The notes below the pieces were generated by a model that had not been told where the DNA came from, searched no databases, and saw only the letters and a program-made list of their open reading frames with translations. The position numbers and the translations under genes were made by a program. A stretch of DNA of 64,000 bases from Nitrospirota bacterium (GTDB lineage Bacteria > Nitrospirota > UBA9217): positions 1-64,000 of the forward strand of contig JAOUEV010000006.1 of NCBI GenBank assembly GCA_029858565.1, given 5' to 3'. Position 1 is the first letter of the stretch; every line of letters starts with the position of its first letter. Below are positions 60,001-64,000 of this stretch, piece by piece.

Positions 60001-60132
60001 GAAAAGGGATTTGGGCTGTTCAGCATCCGGGAACGCGTGCGGTATCTGGACGGTGACTTCACGATCGACACCGCTCCCGGCAAAGGTTTCTGCGCGACCA
60101 TCAGGATCGCGCTGGAGAAACTGAGGAAGTGA
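57034..60132 (+). CDS. Cytoplasmic multi-sensor kinase: REC, several PAS, GAF-like segment, HisKA_3, HATPase
   Basis: IVEDE..LMDIRL; repeated RDITERR/ADITE/RDITARK; RIAQELHD; ELLVNCVKHS; DNGKG; GFGLFSIRER. Confidence 0.9.
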   Translation: MKKKRIVIVEDEALIAMELERQLAGLGYEVCGSAVTADGAIGLVEARDPDLVLMDIRLRGEGDGIEAAAEIRRRFDIPVIFLTAYADDGTIFRVRQAAPFGYILKPYREEDLRLAIEVALVKHDGERQLRAQNESLEARVRERTAELGRAVDALKGEIAERTQAVERLRKSEERYRFLFEAIPIAVGMASLDGQALLANKASLDLYGMSREDQQGMNLRDLYANSAERSELMRQLQESGRVRDREVSLQRMDGAGITVLLNMDIVEMDGQKVILTTQRDITERRKAETALRERVKELTCQYAVRLDMQKDLSADEFCTRVVNHVVAAMQFPELCAAELELEGQRCFAGHRAERQSRELYGDIKSGDKVIGRLRVWCVDDRPFMMPEEQHLISAVADMVRQWHAFQKAQKEIEHLASFPTLNPNPVLEIDETGQVVFRNNAAAEILAQAGSADHRLFFPQDMQSLLASLPREPVCREVAFGGRVFQETIHALPELNTLRIYAADITELKLLDEALARSKREFESIFASMNDAAIFADSRRRIVRMNRAAEEMFGWRHEELEGKTTECLYAERSDYDALGRSRYNVAARRDRAFFEMRYRRKDGSVFPAESFGTQVPDADGGVMGFLGIHRDITARKEAEEQLARYQAELEEMVKSRTRELQDTVTRLQEEISRREIVSRDLNRNKLFLTNILNSIQDGICVFDRERRIMLVNNTIAKWIPGVGSLGFRTHTCAELFHSFGRCDVCAADYSEEFSGKRSLIFASGDENEKKWFEVHTFPLITNDDKHVGRVEYFRDITAAKDLESKIAGYQEQLRALNYEMADVVNREQRRIAQELHDTIPQTLLFCRMRLERIEKRDTAEGRRSGQSSDFREIYQFLDDAIEQSRNLMFKLAPPMLYELGLEPALQSLLDQFGREHPIAFRFKGRELKAPLQGDGAAMVYGMVRELLVNCVKHSEATHVEVAVNRRDGGLVVAVRDNGKGREAGAQAGNTEKGFGLFSIRERVRYLDGDFTIDTAPGKGFCATIRIALEKLRK

Positions 60133-60162
60133 TATAATTCACAGTGCGGAGGTAGGGTTGCC

Positions 60163-60813
60163 ATGATCGATCTTGTTATCGCCGATGACCATGCCATCTT
60201 CCGATACGGACTCAGGGCCTTGTTGTCCGATGAGCCGGATTTTCGGATCCTGTCCGAAGCGGACAATGGAACGGCCGCGCTGGGTGAGATACGGGAGAAA
60301 AATCCCCAGATCGCCGTTTTGGATGTCTCCATGCCCGGCAAGAACGGCGTCGAAGTGCTCGCGGAGGTCTGTCGCGATAAATTGAAGACCCGGTGCATCC
60401 TCCTGACGGTCCACAACAATCCGGTGCTCGCCGCTACCGCGATCCGGAACGGAGCGGCAGGCTACCTGCTCAAGAACCAGACGTTTCGTGAGCTGCCCGA
60501 CGCGCTCAGGGTCGTGGCAGCAGGAAAGAAATACTATTCCGCGGAATTGATACAGGCCCTGGCGCGCCAAAAAGAGCATCTCAATCTCGCCCGGCAGCTC
60601 ACCCGGCGTGAGTATGAAGTCCTGGCGCTGATAGTTAAGGGGATGACAAACAACGAGATCGCGACGCAGCTCAAAATCAGCATCCGCACCGCGGAAACCC
60701 ACAAGAGCCGTATCATGAATAAACTGGACATTCACACATCGGTAGCTCTGATTGCCTATGCGTTCCAGCATAAGCTGGTGAATGACAGCCAGGATATGCC
60801 GTCGTCCGAATAG
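60163..60813 (+). CDS. NarL/LuxR-family response regulator
   Basis: IADDHAIFR, LDVSMP, LTRREYEVL..NNEIATQLKISIRTAETH. Confidence 0.94.
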   Translation: MIDLVIADDHAIFRYGLRALLSDEPDFRILSEADNGTAALGEIREKNPQIAVLDVSMPGKNGVEVLAEVCRDKLKTRCILLTVHNNPVLAATAIRNGAAGYLLKNQTFRELPDALRVVAAGKKYYSAELIQALARQKEHLNLARQLTRREYEVLALIVKGMTNNEIATQLKISIRTAETHKSRIMNKLDIHTSVALIAYAFQHKLVNDSQDMPSSE

Positions 60814-61564
60814 CTGATGCTGCGATTGAATATGCGGCCCGCGCCGGGCCATGGCTGAAGATATTTCTCCGCATTCCCCCTCCCGACCTTCTATTCCGAT
60901 TAACCGCCTGCCTGCCCGGACCGTATGGCCGAGATGCGCTGATCCCGGTGTAAATTCATTTCAACGAATATTTGCCGCGTGCCATCCGAAGAAAAACAGG
61001 CAGTGTGCCGCTGGACTCGCCCAATGGCCTGCCGAACCGCTGCTATCCAAAAACAGCAGCGGTGATATTTTTGCGCGGTAAATGCAGAGATCTGAGGCCG
61101 TTCTCCAACTAGCTGCAATAACTTATTAAGACAATTCATGACTTACTGAAAAACCCCGGGAAGGGGCGCGCAAATCAGCCGGTGCGCCGGCGTTCCGTAT
61201 TTGCTGAGTGTGGGTGCCGGGCCGCGGTTTGAACGCAGCGGCCCCGGATTCATCGCACCTTGTCCTTCGCATCTTTTCATAAGTGGAAGATCTGTGAGCC
61301 CCTGCCGCAAACCAAGGAGGAAGCGGAGGTATGGGAAAAGTTCAAGCCTGCCTGGGAAGCATGGAAAATTTATCACCGAAGAACGTCGCTCTTGCCGAAG
61401 GCGGCAAAAAGGACGAAGGCTACGTTATTTTACTGATAAGACATACGGAACGAAGCCGATGCGGATGAGTGATATTTCTGATACGGTAACCCCATGACCA
61501 TGAGTGTTGCGGGACAAAGCGATGCGAACAGGAAGCTCAGCCGCGCAGGCGCCAAGAAACGAAC

Positions 61565-61909
61565 ATGAGAAAACTGAACTGTTGGGAATTCAAAAAATGC
61601 GGCCGGGGGCCCAGTGAAGCGAGAGCGGGGCAGGTCCTCTGTCCGGCGGCGTCCATGGCGGCGCTGAACGGCGTGCACGGCGGGATGCAGGGTGGGCGGT
61701 CCTGCTGGATCGTCGAGGGGACGCTGTGCAGCGGCAAAAAGAGCAGGCCGTTCAAGGAGAGATTCCATTCCTGTTCGTATTGCGACTTCTACCGGATGGT
61801 GATGCAGGAGGAGGGCGCCGCATTTGTCCTGTCGTCCGTCCTGCGCAGCCGGGTGGAGATAAGAACTGACGCCGAGCAGGACAAGTATTCCATGCGCATT
61901 GCAGCATGA
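61565..61909 (+). CDS. Two-CW-domain Cys-rich small protein
   Basis: KLNCWEFKKCGR..CPA..GGRSCWIVEGTLC..CSYCDFY. Confidence 0.8.
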   Translation: MRKLNCWEFKKCGRGPSEARAGQVLCPAASMAALNGVHGGMQGGRSCWIVEGTLCSGKKSRPFKERFHSCSYCDFYRMVMQEEGAAFVLSSVLRSRVEIRTDAEQDKYSMRIAA

Positions 61910-61935
61910 TCGAATTCCTGAAGAGGAGGCAAGCC

Positions 61936-62457
61936 ATGAGCACCGCAACCATAACCGGAATGACGCAATATCTGACCTACACGCTGGCGGACGAGGTGTT
62001 CGCCCTGGACATCGGGAAAGTGCGCGAGGTCCTGGACTTCACCACGGTGACTAAAGTGCCGAATATGCCGGATTTCATGCTCGGAGTGATCAACCTCCGG
62101 GGAAGCGTGGTGCCGGTGGTGGACCTGCGGACCCGGTTCCGCATGCCGCGGAACGAGCAGACGGTGAATACGTGCATTATCATCACCGAGGTGCGGATCG
62201 ACGGGGACACCACGGTGCTGGGCTGCCTGGCGGACTCGGTGCAGGAGGTGCTGGATTTGGAAGCGAACCAGGTCGAGCCGGCGCCGAAGATCGGGACCAA
62301 GCTGCGAAACGAGTTCATCCAGGGCATGGGGAAGCACGGCAACCGATTCATCATCATCCTGGACATTGACAAGGTGTTTACCGTTGATGACGTGGCGCTT
62401 GTGGCGGAACTGGGCGCGGCGGCCGAGTGTCCCCTTGTCCACCATCAGGCTGCTTGA
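61936..62457 (+). CDS. cheW: CheW adaptor (orphan)
   Basis: QYLTYTL, TKVPNMPDFMLGVINLRGSVVPVVDL, ADSVQEV. Confidence 0.93.
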   Translation: MSTATITGMTQYLTYTLADEVFALDIGKVREVLDFTTVTKVPNMPDFMLGVINLRGSVVPVVDLRTRFRMPRNEQTVNTCIIITEVRIDGDTTVLGCLADSVQEVLDLEANQVEPAPKIGTKLRNEFIQGMGKHGNRFIIILDIDKVFTVDDVALVAELGAAAECPLVHHQAA

Positions 62458-62766
62458 AAAAGAACGCGCGCCGCCGCGGAGCCTAAACGGTGAATGGCCG
62501 GGTCTATCATTCAATTATCATCATTCACACCTGGCACCTCAACGCCCGGTTTTCCGGAGGCCCTCGGCGGCGCGCATGGACCGAGAACAAAAGCATCGAG
62601 GAGGGCTGCGATGATCAGATTGCAGGGAAGCCGGGCCGTTGACAGGCAGTTCCACAAGGACAGATATATACCGGTCAGGCGGCTGGCAACCTGGATGCAG
62701 GCCGCGCCTGCCGACACGCGCCCGGCGGGAAGGAGAAACCGCATACCCTGGAGCGAGGTAGTAAGA

Positions 62767-63162
62767 ATGAAGACCATATTGCTGATAGACAACAATGTAG
62801 AGCATCTTTTGCAGCACAGCGAGCTCCTGGGGCGGTCCGGCTACCGGATCGTGACCGCGCAGGACTCAAAAGCGGCGCTGTTCATCCTGGAAAGCGGCAT
62901 GCTCCTTGACCTGATCGTGACCGAGTGCCAGATGCCGGACATGGGTGCCCAGGAGTTCCTGGCGGCGATCAGGAAAGAGGCGCCGTCGGTGCCGGTGGTC
63001 GTCGTGACCAGCTGCGACTCGGTGGAATCTTATCTGAACGCGGTCGGCATCGGCGTCTATGAATATCTGAACAAGCCGTTGCTGCCGGGAGAGTTGAGCA
63101 GCATAATAAAGATGGTCGCCAGGGACCGCCGGTGCGGCAGTTTGCCGACCGGCTTGGCATGA
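62767..63162 (+). CDS. Atypical single-domain receiver (phospho-Asp replaced by Glu); alternative start at 62611
   Basis: ILLIDNN, LIVTECQMP, YEYLNKP. Confidence 0.75.
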   Translation: MKTILLIDNNVEHLLQHSELLGRSGYRIVTAQDSKAALFILESGMLLDLIVTECQMPDMGAQEFLAAIRKEAPSVPVVVVTSCDSVESYLNAVGIGVYEYLNKPLLPGELSSIIKMVARDRRCGSLPTGLA

Positions 63163-63172
63163 GGAGGGATCA

Positions 63173-63922
63173 ATGAAGAGATTGCTGCAGGCAGTCTTCT
63201 GGCTGGTTCTTTACGCAGCCGCGGCCCATGCGACGCCGTCAACGCAGATCTGGATACCGTCCACGGACGTACAGCCCTACATGAAGTGGCATTTCGGCTT
63301 CGACCAGTACATAAAGGCGCGCAAAATCGACGGAACAACGCGAGAGCCGAACGTTATCAACAACGGCGTTACCGTCGGCGTGCTGCCCGGGGAAAAAATC
63401 CAGGCGGAAGTAGGCATCGACCAGCGGGCTTATGGCGTGGAGCCCGTGGATTCCGCGCCGGTCTACTTCAATGCCAAGATCGGCATGCCTGAGGACGCCC
63501 TGTTCAAGGGGGCGCCGGCGATCGCGCTCGGCGGCTATGACTTGGGCACGAAGAAATACAGCGCCGATGCGGGCTGGGGCACGGACTACAACGTCGTTTA
63601 CGGCCTGATCGCGAGGACTTTCGGCAAGGTCGGCAGGTTTTCAGCAGGATACTACCAGGGCAGCGACAAACTGCTGCTGGACAAGAACGGTCAAAAAGAC
63701 AATACAGGCGTTCTCGCTTCCTGGGACAGGACGATCTCGGAGGTCTCGGACAAACTCTGGGTTGCTGTCGATTACATGGGCGGCGAGAACGGCTACGGAG
63801 CTCTGTCCTGGGGAGCGGCATGGAAGTTCTCGCCGAACGTGGGCGTGATCTTCGGATACGACAAGTACAACAACGCGAACTACAAGCCGACGTACACGAT
63901 TCAGGTGGACATCGATCTCTGA
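63173..63922 (+). CDS. Secreted putative outer-membrane beta-barrel protein
   Basis: Signal peptide AHA-TPSTQIWIPSTD; amphipathic beta strands; C-terminal TIQVDIDL. Confidence 0.65.
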   Translation: MKRLLQAVFWLVLYAAAAHATPSTQIWIPSTDVQPYMKWHFGFDQYIKARKIDGTTREPNVINNGVTVGVLPGEKIQAEVGIDQRAYGVEPVDSAPVYFNAKIGMPEDALFKGAPAIALGGYDLGTKKYSADAGWGTDYNVVYGLIARTFGKVGRFSAGYYQGSDKLLLDKNGQKDNTGVLASWDRTISEVSDKLWVAVDYMGGENGYGALSWGAAWKFSPNVGVIFGYDKYNNANYKPTYTIQVDIDL

Positions 63923-64000
63923 AGCAAAGACATGGCAAGTGTCTTAATACATGATTCGAGACTGTTAATATTCCGCGATTTTCGATGTATTACGAGACTA

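Noticed and set aside
62462-62510. gccgcggagcctaaacggtgaatggccggg resembles the 3' half of a c-di-GMP-I riboswitch
   Set aside because: The 5' half (GGCAAA...GAAA...GACGCAAA) is absent, so it cannot be supported without a covariance search

Overview
GC-rich (~60% by eye) bacterial chromosome segment. Its gene content resembles Nitrospirota/Desulfobacterota, but the taxonomy is inferred only. Left part (1-26 kb): His-less histidine kinase and cheD; a type IV pilus (Pil-Chp-like) chemosensory operon continuing into two CheW genes and a RomR-like regulator; then valS-nadC-birA-coaX, response regulator-galT, SET protein, truncated GNAT, aconitase, a binding protein plus hybrid kinase, and a ferritin-like gene. 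Middle (26.6-42.6 kb): a STAND/BTAD regulator is separated by accessory DNA (DUF2007 gene, IR-flanked RAYT transposase, higBA between 60-bp direct repeats) from a putative target operon. That operon encodes a 2398-aa delta-60/Ig/FN3/dockerin surface protein and two cohesin-like proteins. Then usp, ilvE, tRNA-Leu(GAG), and an SH3-NlpC/P60-DUF1460 protein. Right part: an intact comM and a second, diverged comM 3' half bracket a low-GC ~8.9-kb island with no recombinase gene. The island encodes a signal-peptide SpvB/FG-GAP/RHS toxin with a 22-Cys insertion, candidate immunity genes, and an HTH gene starting in the junction. Each comM tail is followed by a homologous AT-rich spacer and a sigma70 promoter. 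A signalling cluster and a beta-barrel gene end the window. Best candidates for novelty: the comM-restoring island with its promoter module, the Cys-rich RHS insertion, and the cohesin-dockerin display operon. All family assignments come from motif recognition by eye; no searches were run.
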